Assembly: GCA_035510735.1 (NCBI GenBank)
Contig: DATKGN010000004.1
Location: forward strand, 7,436 to 71,435
From: Patescibacteria group bacterium
Lineage (GTDB): Bacteria > Patescibacteriota > Microgenomatia > UBA10105 > UBA927
Length of the DNA stretch: 64,000 nt
Direction of reading: 5' to 3'
Shown one piece after another: positions 55,126-64,000 of this stretch (position 1 is the first letter of the stretch; every line of letters starts with the position of its first letter). The notes below the pieces were generated by a model. The model ran no database searches. It worked only from the letters and a program-made list of their open reading frames with translations, and was not told the DNA's origin. Both the position numbers and the translations under genes were made by a program.

Positions 55126-56910
55126 ATGAAAAAGACCGTCTTACTATTTTCAATAGGTTTATTCATGCTCGTTGTCGCGGTGCGTGTACATGCGTGTGAT
55201 TCAAGTGTGACCTGTGAAAATGTGACGCAAGCAAACCTTGAATCATGTAATCCGAATGAAGTCACCATGATTAGCGCAAAATGCAGCGAGGCATTCTCTA
55301 ATATTGAAAAAGCCGCACAGCCGCACCGCGCGGAACTTGATAAAATGAACCAGGCAATCGCAGCTTTCCAGGCTCGCATTCAACAAATCGAGGCCGATGT
55401 AGCACAAAAGACAATTGCAATAGCCCTAGGGGAGAAGCAGTTGGAAGGATTATATACGGTTGCAAGCGCTCGGATTCGGGAGTTCTATATTCGCTCGTTT
55501 ACCAATAATGTGATTGCACTTTTCTTTTCATCGACAAATATTGGTTCGGCATTTCGGACAATCGGGTATCAGCAGGCTGCAGTCAATGAAGATAAAAAAG
55601 TGATTACACAGACTGCGCTTGTCGTCCAGGACTTGGAGACCAAAAAAAAAGAACTAGTTTCTGAACAGGCGTCGCTTGCCCAGCTTAAGGCAGATACGGA
55701 TAAGCGTGCAGAGACAATACGGAAATTATTAGCACAGGTAGCAGCGTATGAAGGGCAACTTCAGAGTGCGATGGCCGCAATATCAGCCCGTCAACAGGAG
55801 TTTTTGGCACAAAAACTTGCGGGACTTGGAATCCCCCTTTTTGCCATAAGCGGCGGAGGATGTTCGAGCGATTTAACCAATGGTAAAGATCCGGGGTTTG
55901 GCGGCGCTTTTGGGTTTTTTACTTTCGGCGTGCCGAATCGCGTGGGGTTAAATCAATATGGAGCATTAGGGAGGGCTAAAGTAGGACAAAATGCTGATAC
56001 TATTCTCCATGCATATTACAATTTTGACGGGTATCAGAGCGTTGACGCGAACATTACGATAAAAGTAAACGACAGTAACAGCGTGAATCAAGGGAACATT
56101 ATTTGGAGCGGAAAATTAAATGATTATGTGAAACGGATCTACGAGGTTCCTGGTGATTGGCCTTCAGAATCGTTAAAAGCACAGGTGATAGCCATACGTT
56201 CGTACGTACTGGCGACGACAAATAACGGCAATATGTCTATTTGTGCGAATCAGTATTGTCAGGTGTTTCAGTCCGGCGAAAAGGGAGGCGCCTGGAATCA
56301 GGCTGTAGACGATACGGGAACACAGGTTATGGTGCAAGGGGGAAATCCGATTAAAGCATTTTTTTCTTCGACGCATGGGGGATATGTCTATAGCACGGGT
56401 GATTTACAGGGGTGGTCAGCCACGAGCTACACTAAAAGAGCAGTGGATACGACAAGCGGAAGTGTGTCGGGATTTTCGGATTTGCGAAGTAACGCGTATG
56501 ATCGTGACAGTCCATGGTTTTATTGTGATTGGGGCGCGCGCAGTCAAAACGGTGGCACTGCGTGGTTAAAACCTGAAGAAGTCGCCGATATCGCCAATGT
56601 GATTCTTTTGGCCCATCAAGACGGCTCATCACAGCAACACCTCACTCAACCCGATAAACCGAATCCCGACGGTGTCGATACATGGGATGCGGCGACCGTT
56701 CGATCGAAACTCGGTGACCGTGCATATAATTCAGTATCCAATGTATCAATGAGTGCGGATTTTGGCACCGGCAGGGTAACATCCGTCTCCGTATCGGGAG
56801 ATGGGAAATCCGACACATTTGACGGAGGTGACTTTAAAACCTATTTTAACCTCCGGGCGCCCGCAAATATTCAAATCGTCGGACCGCTCTATAACGTTGA
56901 GAAAAAGTAA
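55126..56910 (+). CDS. Secreted coiled-coil protein with SpoIID/LytB (lytic transglycosylase-like) domain
   Basis: Signal peptide, long coiled coil, VGLNQYGA.GRA, YEVP..WP.ESLKAQ.IA.RSY, CQV, FSSTHGG. Confidence 0.82.
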   Translation: MKKTVLLFSIGLFMLVVAVRVHACDSSVTCENVTQANLESCNPNEVTMISAKCSEAFSNIEKAAQPHRAELDKMNQAIAAFQARIQQIEADVAQKTIAIALGEKQLEGLYTVASARIREFYIRSFTNNVIALFFSSTNIGSAFRTIGYQQAAVNEDKKVITQTALVVQDLETKKKELVSEQASLAQLKADTDKRAETIRKLLAQVAAYEGQLQSAMAAISARQQEFLAQKLAGLGIPLFAISGGGCSSDLTNGKDPGFGGAFGFFTFGVPNRVGLNQYGALGRAKVGQNADTILHAYYNFDGYQSVDANITIKVNDSNSVNQGNIIWSGKLNDYVKRIYEVPGDWPSESLKAQVIAIRSYVLATTNNGNMSICANQYCQVFQSGEKGGAWNQAVDDTGTQVMVQGGNPIKAFFSSTHGGYVYSTGDLQGWSATSYTKRAVDTTSGSVSGFSDLRSNAYDRDSPWFYCDWGARSQNGGTAWLKPEEVADIANVILLAHQDGSSQQHLTQPDKPNPDGVDTWDAATVRSKLGDRAYNSVSNVSMSADFGTGRVTSVSVSGDGKSDTFDGGDFKTYFNLRAPANIQIVGPLYNVEKK

Positions 56911-56931
56911 GCTCTTTAGTACAATACTTCT

Positions 56932-57588
56932 GTGCCGACATTATTTGATTCAGCTAACCATAGTCCGCCAATAAATGCGCAGCAGAAAACCACAGCAAAT
57001 ACCACGTTTGGCGCCGGCAGTGAACACACTCCCATGACGCCGTTAACCAGCTTTGCGGTACATCCCGATAGTGTTCGATTTGAGACTCAGGAAGAACAGG
57101 AGACGGTTATTTTATTTTTACGGCAACATTTTATCGTGAACGTTCCCTGGATACTTATCGCGTTTATTATCGCAATTGCGCCGACTGTTATTTTCCCATT
57201 GGTTACTCATATATTACCGATATCGTTGTCCATACCTATCGGGTACATCATTATTGGTACTGCATTATGGTATCTTGCAACTCTCGGATTTGTTCTCGCG
57301 AAATTCTTAGGATGGTTTTTTAATATTTATATTGTAACCAACGAACGGGTTATTGATATTGATTTTTTTTACTTACTCTACAAAAAATTTTCTGAGGCGG
57401 AACTGAACAAAATTCAGGACATCTCATTTACCTCAGGGGGAATTTTTGCCGCAATATTCAATTATGGTAACGTAAAAATTGAAACGGCCGGAGAGGCCCC
57501 AAATCTGGAATTTGAGATGATTCCGTTCCCTGAGCGCGTTGTCGAAACGATACGGAGTCTCACGGAGGGGTTGCCAAATTCTATATGA
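56932..57588 (+). CDS. Membrane protein with bacterial PH domain
   Basis: LRQHF, 2 TM, YIVTNERVID, IQD, FNYGNV.IETAG. Confidence 0.75.
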   Translation: MPTLFDSANHSPPINAQQKTTANTTFGAGSEHTPMTPLTSFAVHPDSVRFETQEEQETVILFLRQHFIVNVPWILIAFIIAIAPTVIFPLVTHILPISLSIPIGYIIIGTALWYLATLGFVLAKFLGWFFNIYIVTNERVIDIDFFYLLYKKFSEAELNKIQDISFTSGGIFAAIFNYGNVKIETAGEAPNLEFEMIPFPERVVETIRSLTEGLPNSI

Positions 57589-57806
57589 TTACACAAACGT
57601 TCCCCGGGACATTATGGCTTATTGCAAAATTGTTTACCCTTTTAGGTGTCGCAGTCTATATCGTATTTGCCGGAGTCATGGTGCGGCAGGAACACCTGAT
57701 GGCAAATGTTCTCGAGGAGGGATCAGAGGCGATCCTTCGCATTCTCACCTATATTCATTTAGCCCTCGCAATCGGTATTTTTATCCTTGCGCTTATTATC
57801 CTTTAA
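57585..57806 (+). CDS. Small two-TM hypothetical protein
   Basis: 73 aa with two hydrophobic helices around VRQ..LM. Overlaps the upstream stop. Confidence 0.65.
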   Translation: MITQTFPGTLWLIAKLFTLLGVAVYIVFAGVMVRQEHLMANVLEEGSEAILRILTYIHLALAIGIFILALIIL

Positions 57807-57829
57807 TTGCTTCGTGATAAGATAAAGAT

Positions 57830-59683
57830 ATGCGGATAAAGTCCTCTATAGGTCTTGCTGTTGGACCCGTTGATGCAACGCATTGGGGACAGGTGCTCGT
57901 GTTGCCTTCGGTATACGGCGTCGTCGAGATTCAGGACCCGGCAGGTAATGCCCAAGAAGAGGGGGTTGCCACATTGTCTCTTTTAGGCGATGCATTAAGC
58001 CACGAAATTTCAAGCCTCCGTGCGCTTGAAGATATCGCTGACCGCGCTAATAGTCCACATGTTCAAAGCATGATGCTCCTTTTATCCGTCGGACGCGTGG
58101 TGTATATCGTTTTCCGCGGCAAGGGGAACGTCTATCTTAAGCGGGGGCGGGAGCTTGCAAGTCTCATGCATCGTGACGGGGGGATATCCGGAGAGGTCCG
58201 CTCGGGTGACACGTTTCTTTTATCATCGGGCGGATTTGCCGCAATACTTCCCCATGAGGAGCTTACGCATCTTTTTGATCATCTGCCGGCTCCTGAAATT
58301 GCCGAAAAATTAACGCTCCTTCTTCACGAAAAAAAAGGCGGAGAGGGGAGTGTCGCACTGGTATTTGAAGCCGTCGATTTAGAGGAAAATCAATTGAAAG
58401 ATGAATCGCCGCCCGTAATTTCTCAGGAACCGGTTATTGTCCAAAAAAACGATGTTTCTCAAACTCCCGATATTTTCAAAAAACATGATCACCAGCCAAT
58501 GAATTTTTCCGGATTCATTTCCAGGGTAAAAACGTACATTGAAGCATTGCGACGGGATAAAAAACATCTCAATGCAACCATTGTCGTCGTACTAATCGGA
58601 TTTTTTGCCGTGAGCGTCCTATTAGGTGTTATAAAACAGGTGTCGGTGAAGCGAAATCAGGCAATGTACAGCGCGATGTCGGACGCGCAGCATGCACTTG
58701 ATGAAGGCGTCGCTCTAATTCCTCTCAATCCGCTTAAAGGGAGGGAACGCCTAACAACTGCTAAACAATTGCTTGATCCGTATATGCAAAGAATATCGCC
58801 CAATACAACAGACGGATATCAACTCGGCGTGTTGTATAGAAAAGTTACCGATAATCTGTCTCAGGCGATGCAGATTGTTAATACGACACCGTCCCTATTT
58901 TACGATATGGGACTTATCAAAAAAGGGGCAACCGCGACAAATTTTGCTATAGACGGCACGACACTAGCTATAGGGGATGGCGCCACCGCCACCGTGTATT
59001 CGCTTGATATTACGTCCAAAAATGCCCAAATAATTGCGGGCGGAAGCGGGATGAAAGGAGTTTCATCCGTTGCGGTGCACGGGGATCAGCTTTATGCATT
59101 GACCGGAGACGCAATCACGCAATTTGATATGAGCAGTAATAATAAGGCGACAAAAGTCGTAAAGCGTGATCCTTCGTGGAACTTGGTGACGAATCTCACA
59201 TCCTTTGGCGGTAATTTATATCTACTGGATGTCGGAAAAAGCAGGATCTGGAAATATATTGCGACAGACACGAACGCAAGCGGTAGCGCTGGGTTTTCCG
59301 ATATTCGTGAATATTTGAATCCCGACACGCTGCCGGATTTTTCCGGCGCGACCTCACTTGCGATTGACGGATCGGTTTGGGTTGGGACAACCGACGGAAA
59401 AATTCTCCGGTTTACTCAGGGTCAGGTAAACCCGTATCTTGCCCAAGGCGTGGATCCTGCGTTTGGGAAGCAGCTTGTGGTTTATACGACCGATGACGCA
59501 AAAAATATTTACGTGCTTGATACACAGAATAACCGCGTCGTCGTTTTGGATAAAGACGGGATGTACGCGGCTCAATATCGCTGGAGCACGGGATTTAGTC
59601 CCACGAACATCGTAGTATCCGAGTCAAATAAGAAAATACTGCTTCTTGCAGGCGGCAAAATCTATTCCATTGTCCTCAAATAG
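57830..59683 (+). CDS. Single-pass protein: degenerate PP2C-like N-domain and beta-propeller C-domain
   Basis: G.VYL.R....., SG....GD.FLLSSGGF, central TM, then NHL-like repeats (NLYLLD, IDGSVWV, IYVLD..NNRVVV.DK.G). Confidence 0.6.
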   Translation: MRIKSSIGLAVGPVDATHWGQVLVLPSVYGVVEIQDPAGNAQEEGVATLSLLGDALSHEISSLRALEDIADRANSPHVQSMMLLLSVGRVVYIVFRGKGNVYLKRGRELASLMHRDGGISGEVRSGDTFLLSSGGFAAILPHEELTHLFDHLPAPEIAEKLTLLLHEKKGGEGSVALVFEAVDLEENQLKDESPPVISQEPVIVQKNDVSQTPDIFKKHDHQPMNFSGFISRVKTYIEALRRDKKHLNATIVVVLIGFFAVSVLLGVIKQVSVKRNQAMYSAMSDAQHALDEGVALIPLNPLKGRERLTTAKQLLDPYMQRISPNTTDGYQLGVLYRKVTDNLSQAMQIVNTTPSLFYDMGLIKKGATATNFAIDGTTLAIGDGATATVYSLDITSKNAQIIAGGSGMKGVSSVAVHGDQLYALTGDAITQFDMSSNNKATKVVKRDPSWNLVTNLTSFGGNLYLLDVGKSRIWKYIATDTNASGSAGFSDIREYLNPDTLPDFSGATSLAIDGSVWVGTTDGKILRFTQGQVNPYLAQGVDPAFGKQLVVYTTDDAKNIYVLDTQNNRVVVLDKDGMYAAQYRWSTGFSPTNIVVSESNKKILLLAGGKIYSIVLK

Positions 59684-59713
59684 CGTACAATATGGGCGTG
59701 TATAGCGGGGCAT

Positions 59714-60157
59714 ATGAATATCAAAAACACCAAAGTCGGCTATGAATATGAAATTCTGGAGCGCTTTGAAGCGGGCGTAGTTTTGACGGGCGCTGAGGTA
59801 AAATCCTTGAAAGGTGGCCATGCAACGCTTGACGGCGCATTCGTGCGGATTATCGGGTCCGAGGCATATCTTGTGAATGCACAGGTTTTCCCGTTTATCT
59901 ACGCACGGCCTGAAGGGTACGACCCAAGGCGCACGAGGAAACTTTTGATGCATAAAAAGGAACTACTGAGCGTAAAAAGTAAGACGGACGGCGCTAATTT
60001 GACCCTTATACCCCTCTCTTGGTATACTAAAGGCCCCCTAGTGAAGCTTGAGATCGCTCTCGCGCGCGGGAAAAAGCAATACGAGAAGCGTGAAACGAAG
60101 CGGAAGCGCGACCAACGGCGGGAATTAGAGAGGGAGTTTCGGGGGAAAGTGAAATAA
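59714..60157 (+). CDS. smpB: SsrA-binding protein
   Basis: EAGVVLTGAEVKSL, DPRRTRKLLMHKKE, LARGKKQYEKRE. Confidence 0.97.
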   Translation: MNIKNTKVGYEYEILERFEAGVVLTGAEVKSLKGGHATLDGAFVRIIGSEAYLVNAQVFPFIYARPEGYDPRRTRKLLMHKKELLSVKSKTDGANLTLIPLSWYTKGPLVKLEIALARGKKQYEKRETKRKRDQRRELEREFRGKVK

Positions 60158-60249
60158 TAATCGAATAATAGAATAACCTAATAAACGAATGATTTTCATT
60201 AGATTATTGGATTATTCATGTATTGAAATTCGATTCGTTTATTTATTAT
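60155..60249. repeat. Octamer-periodic imperfect hairpin between smpB and tmRNA
   Basis: AATAATCG AATAATAG AATAACCT AATAAACG AAT, versus AGATTATT GGATTATT CATGTATT...ATTCGTTTATT. Confidence 0.7.
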
Positions 60250-60649
60250 GGGGATGAATGATTCGACGGGAGTGGCACATTAAAAACTGCAAGCCGGCGA
60301 TGATAAAAGAGCCGCAAAACATTATCAAACAATAATTGCTGAGACTAAACTTAGCGAGTTGGACGAGCGGGCGCTTTATGCGATTGCTTTCCAACGACAT
60401 CAGGCAGGAATTGCGTTAGCACTGAATGCTTAATGTCCGTCCATACATTCTTTCTTCCGGTGAAGGTGTGTGGGCGTAAAAACAGCCGGAACGTCAGGGA
60501 TCAATTGACCGCTTGATTCCGGAGCAATTTGGTCAACCCTTTCCGGCCTATTTTGTCCGTTTCGACGGTCGGGAAGAATTAAATGGACTACGCTTGTAGA
60601 TGTTTTTAGGTTTCACTTTCGGACCCGGGTTCATTGCCCGGCATCTCCA
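60250..60649 (+). ncRNA. ssrA: tmRNA
   Basis: 5' GGGGATG..GATTCGAC pairs with 3' CATCTCC-A (G3.U Ala determinant). T-arm CCGGG-TTCATTG-CCCGG. Follows smpB. Tag ORF at 60338-60433. Confidence 0.93.
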
Positions 60650-60753
60650 CAGACAGTTAATGAACGAAGTGAATTTACTGCTGTGGACGTCGTGTAATCG
60701 CGACGCCACGAGGCACCGTCTTCCTGTATTATGGAGTAAGAAGGCGGATTTTT

Positions 60754-61443
60754 GTGGGCATTTTAGATTTCATTTTCCCTAAGCGTTGTGTCGGGTGCGG
60801 CCGGTTGGGGCGGTATATCTGTGACCGGTGCCGGAAGCTCGTCATCCCCATTGCACCCAATGAATGCATCTGTCCGATGTGTGAAAAACCGGCAATCGGA
60901 GGCGTCACGCATCCCAGGTGCCGGTCGCGGTATGGACTAGATGGTTTAAGTAGTTTCTTTTATTACAACCATATCGTGCGGGCGGCAATTAAAGAAATAA
61001 AATATCGTTTCGTTTCTGATTTAGCCCACGAGTTTATTTCGTTTGTTCCGCTGTCAGCGTACGAGATGTATGCACTCAAAGGTGATACCTCAGCATTTTT
61101 GGTTCCTGTCCCGCTCCATAAGACGCGACTTCGGTATCGTGGGTTTAACCAATCGGAAGTGTTAGGGAAATTACTCGCCGTGCGGTTGCAGATTCACGTC
61201 CGTACCGATATACTTGGGCGCACTGCAGTGACCGTTCCGCAGGTCGAACTGCCGAATAAGGATATGCGCCTCTCAAATATGAACAATGTTTTTGGCATCA
61301 ATAAACCAGCCCCCGCCTTAAAAGGATCAACCATTCTTTTGTTTGATGACGTGTTTACGACAGGCGCAACCATGCGCTCCGCGGCCAACGTGTTAAAACG
61401 GGGCGGCGCAAAGGTTGTTTGGGCGGTCACGATGGCAAGATAA
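60754..61443 (+). CDS. comF: ComF-family protein (double zinc ribbon + PRTase)
   Basis: LDFIFP.RCVGC..ICDRC..CPMC, VPVPLH..R...RGFNQ, LFDDVFTTGAT. Confidence 0.92.
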   Translation: MGILDFIFPKRCVGCGRLGRYICDRCRKLVIPIAPNECICPMCEKPAIGGVTHPRCRSRYGLDGLSSFFYYNHIVRAAIKEIKYRFVSDLAHEFISFVPLSAYEMYALKGDTSAFLVPVPLHKTRLRYRGFNQSEVLGKLLAVRLQIHVRTDILGRTAVTVPQVELPNKDMRLSNMNNVFGINKPAPALKGSTILLFDDVFTTGATMRSAANVLKRGGAKVVWAVTMAR

Positions 61444-61478
61444 GAAGTATTCGCATGTTAACATGTTAGCATGATGAT

Positions 61479-62117
61479 ATGAATAAACGTATTTGTATTG
61501 TTGCAAACGGAAGATTAGAACCAATTCTTTTGGAATCCATTGCCGTTGGTGACATGGTTATCGGCGTTGACCGGGCAGCTTTTTGGCTTATTCAACATGA
61601 GGTCCTACCCGATGTGGCGATAGGGGATTTTGATTCGGTGACGCCTGAAGAGATGAAGATGATTTCGAAGAATGTTGAGGAGGTGAAGTGTTATAAACCA
61701 GAAAAAAATTACACGGATACAGAACTCGCGCTTCGGTTTGCCATCCGGTTCCATCCCGTATCAATCATAATTCTCGGAGGAAGCGGGACGAGACTTGATC
61801 ACACGATGGGAACGCTTCAACTTCTTGAGGCGTCTGCTAAGTGCGGGATACCTACCGTATTTCGGGATGAGACAAACGAGGTAGTAGTGGTGGGGAGAGG
61901 TCGCACAATATTGATAAAGAGGGGAGGGTGCCGGTATGTTTCGTTTATTCCTATCACCAACACAATTCAATTGACGTTATCGGGTTTTAAATACGAAATT
62001 ACGAAAAAAACAATTCATCGTGGCCAAACCATCGGTATCAGCAATGAATTTACCGGCCGGCAGGCGGACGTTACGATCCATCGCGGCCGTGCTTTCATCA
62101 TACAAAGTAGAGATTGA
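61479..62117 (+). CDS. thiN: Thiamine pyrophosphokinase
   Basis: GVDRA, IGDFDS, EKNYTDTELA, GTRLDH, GISNE. Confidence 0.93.
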   Translation: MNKRICIVANGRLEPILLESIAVGDMVIGVDRAAFWLIQHEVLPDVAIGDFDSVTPEEMKMISKNVEEVKCYKPEKNYTDTELALRFAIRFHPVSIIILGGSGTRLDHTMGTLQLLEASAKCGIPTVFRDETNEVVVVGRGRTILIKRGGCRYVSFIPITNTIQLTLSGFKYEITKKTIHRGQTIGISNEFTGRQADVTIHRGRAFIIQSRD

Positions 62118-62127
62118 TGTTATTTTG

Positions 62128-62209
62128 CGGAGGGTACAGGGGTCGAACCTGTTAGGGATTACTCCCACTAGTTTTCAAGACTAGCGCGTTACCGTCCCGC
62201 CCACCCTCC
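62128..62209 (-). tRNA. tRNA-Ser(UGA)
   Basis: GGAGGGT acceptor stem, anticodon arm CTAGT-CTTGAAA-ACTAG, long variable arm, GTTCGAC T-loop, G discriminator. Confidence 0.93.
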
Positions 62210-62274
62210 TCGTTATCCAGATTTTGATGTATGTTAAGCCAGCTTGTATTTAGATGGAATTCCTCATTTTATTG

Positions 62275-62359
62275 CGGAGAGTGTGGGAGTCGAACCCACT
62301 CGGGAGTATAAGTCCCGCGAGTTTAGCGAACTCGTGCATAACCGTTCTGCCCACTCTCC
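62275..62359 (-). tRNA. tRNA-Ser(GCU)
   Basis: GGAGAGT acceptor stem, anticodon arm CGAGT-TCGCTAA-ACTCG, long variable arm, GTTCGAC T-loop, G discriminator. Confidence 0.9.
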
Positions 62360-62552
62360 CTTGGCTTTCCAGCCTCCTGATTATATCAAAATTGACTATT
62401 GTACGTGGCGCATCGGTTTAGATTTGAGAAATATCTCAAATCCGGTTTTGGAAGAAGATTTTTAAAGAAACACAAAATTGTGGAAATTTAATGTCTTTTA
62501 TTGTCGTGGTGGGCTATAATTTAGATTAAATAGCAAAGCAAAGTGAATATGT

Positions 62553-63485
62553 ATGACTAATAATGAACTTGCTGGACAAAGTATTGCGCCCATAGATTTT
62601 GGAAATCCTTATCAAAAAGGATACCCACTCTTAAAAAGAGCGCGTAAAGAATTTGGCATTGATCAACCGGAAATAGTTGAATCCGCGCGGGAAATGGTTG
62701 GCTCTGTGCGTTTTGCGGCGATTATTGGTTTTCAAAACGATCACGTCTTAACTTTTCCAAACGGGATAACAAACAAAAAGCATAGAGGTATCGCAATGGT
62801 AAAACAAGCTTTACGAGACATCTCAGTAGAAACATTTGTTAATACGGCCGGTGAGCTTGGCCTCAATCAATTACCATTAGCACTCACGGATATAAAAAAT
62901 CCAGAAATGAAGAGAGTGCCTTTTGATCCTGAACGTGAATTGTTGGTGCCTATTGCTGTCTACGAGACAAATATACAGCCGACAGTATCAAAGGAGAAGG
63001 AATATGCACAAAATTTTTTTGATCAGGCAATGAAAGCTCCATATGGGGAGATTTACGAGCAATATGGAAGCATTTATTCATGTCGTGTTGGGTATATAGA
63101 TCGTCCTGACATACAAGGATACTCAGAATTATTTTTAATAGGCGTAATGGGCGAAAGTGGTCATTTACGATTTAATGATCTATTGGTTTCTATTCTTATG
63201 AAAACGAAAAATATTCAACGATTTATGAAAATTGCATCAAAAGACATTCATGGGGCTTTTGGAGGGTTACTTTCCATGAGCTTATCTCCCGATCTTGTTG
63301 ATTATTATTACTGTCCGGAATTTGAAAGTCCAGAGAAACAAAATTTGAAGCAAATTGGATGGAGACTTAAAGATGTTGGTTATATGCAAAGCGCTATACT
63401 CGGAAATAATGCCTGGTATCACCTCGCGCGAAATGAAGATCATACATTTAAAGTGGTAGAAGAAATTCCAGTAGAGTCATTGTAG
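62553..63485 (+). CDS. Hypothetical protein
   Basis: 310-aa ORF, AT-rich, no motif recognised. Confidence 0.7.
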   Translation: MTNNELAGQSIAPIDFGNPYQKGYPLLKRARKEFGIDQPEIVESAREMVGSVRFAAIIGFQNDHVLTFPNGITNKKHRGIAMVKQALRDISVETFVNTAGELGLNQLPLALTDIKNPEMKRVPFDPERELLVPIAVYETNIQPTVSKEKEYAQNFFDQAMKAPYGEIYEQYGSIYSCRVGYIDRPDIQGYSELFLIGVMGESGHLRFNDLLVSILMKTKNIQRFMKIASKDIHGAFGGLLSMSLSPDLVDYYYCPEFESPEKQNLKQIGWRLKDVGYMQSAILGNNAWYHLARNEDHTFKVVEEIPVESL

Positions 63486-63604
63486 AAGTCTGTTTATTAA
63501 AGGATATCGTGAGTTTGAGAGCTTAGGTTTACCAATCTTTTCCTGCGTTTTCAAATTGCCCCTATCCGTTATAATACCCTTGTGCAGTAACGTACAATAA
63601 AACT

Positions 63605-64000
63605 ATGGATATCCAGGTGGCAGATGAGCGCATATTAGTCTTTAAAGAACAACTCGCAAAAGACGAGGCAAAAAAACGCGCGTGGGAAAAGAAAATCGAC
63701 GCATTTGGCGCCATAAGTAAAGTCGCAAGCTTCCTCTCAAAGCCGAAAGACGAGGATTTTACGATCATTCACGAAGAGCACCGCCTCGAGCCATTCTGGC
63801 ATGTGGCGGCAAGCGCCCATTACGTCTATGACCGCAGCACCATGTATCAGGTCCCCGTGACCGGAAGTGAAGTGCAATCCGTTACTGTTGAGGGAAAAGA
63901 GTATACGACGATGAACGGACATATTCATACACCGGTTATTGAACATTGCACCGAAGACTTAAAAGAGGAAGTATATGTTGATGGAATAACGGGGGAAAAG
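63605..64000 (+). CDS. Hypothetical protein, partial (runs off window edge)
   Basis: Open frame MDIQVADERILVFKEQ...EPFWHV..., absent from the ORF track because it has no stop. TACAAT lies 6 nt upstream of the ATG. Confidence 0.75.
   Translation, partial: MDIQVADERILVFKEQLAKDEAKKRAWEKKIDAFGAISKVASFLSKPKDEDFTIIHEEHRLEPFWHVAASAHYVYDRSTMYQVPVTGSEVQSVTVEGKEYTTMNGHIHTPVIEHCTEDLKEEVYVDGITGEK

Noticed and set aside
1-64000. Alternative genetic code (UGA=Gly, as in Gracilibacteria/Absconditabacteria)
   Set aside because: Conserved genes are full length under code 11, and several, such as dnaN and thiN, end at TGA at the expected position.

Overview
A gene-dense chromosomal segment spanning the replication origin of what looks like a Patescibacteria (CPR) genome, probably Microgenomates. 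That placement is inferred from gene content, not from a database search. Standard code 11 fits. From left to right: (1) 1-22.2 kb, a surface-glycan cluster with Wzm/Wzt, GT2/GT4/GT-C glycosyltransferases, DegT aminotransferases, a sulfotransferase, a methyltransferase, a radical SAM enzyme and two O-antigen-ligase-like proteins. (2) dnaA-oriC-dnaN. (3) A relaxase-less, monoderm-type T4SS locus (C39-like peptidase protein, VirB4, PrgI, VirD4, VirB6-like) with eight VirB2/TrbC-like pilins in two arrays. (4) Within that locus, a four-helix-bundle gene, nadD, a toxin-antitoxin islet and a 1353-aa unrecognised protein. (5) An ECF sigma factor followed by a mevalonate-to-polyprenol operon. (6) A SpoIID-domain protein, smpB, tmRNA, comF, thiN and two tRNA-Ser. 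The most striking unexplained signal is a set of 7-8-nt-periodic inverted-repeat hairpins that fill stop-to-start junctions almost exactly. One encloses the four-helix-bundle gene and three are empty. Also notable are pilins whose leader is reduced to a bare cleavage motif, a kinase-Nudix fusion lacking the IDI catalytic Cys, a zinc-ribbon-less DUF35 protein, a nadD 3'-end duplication flanking the TA pair, a 31-aa tmRNA tag and widespread leaderless promoter architecture. All product calls come from reading motifs by eye. Several start codons were moved from the ORF track where the sequence supported it.
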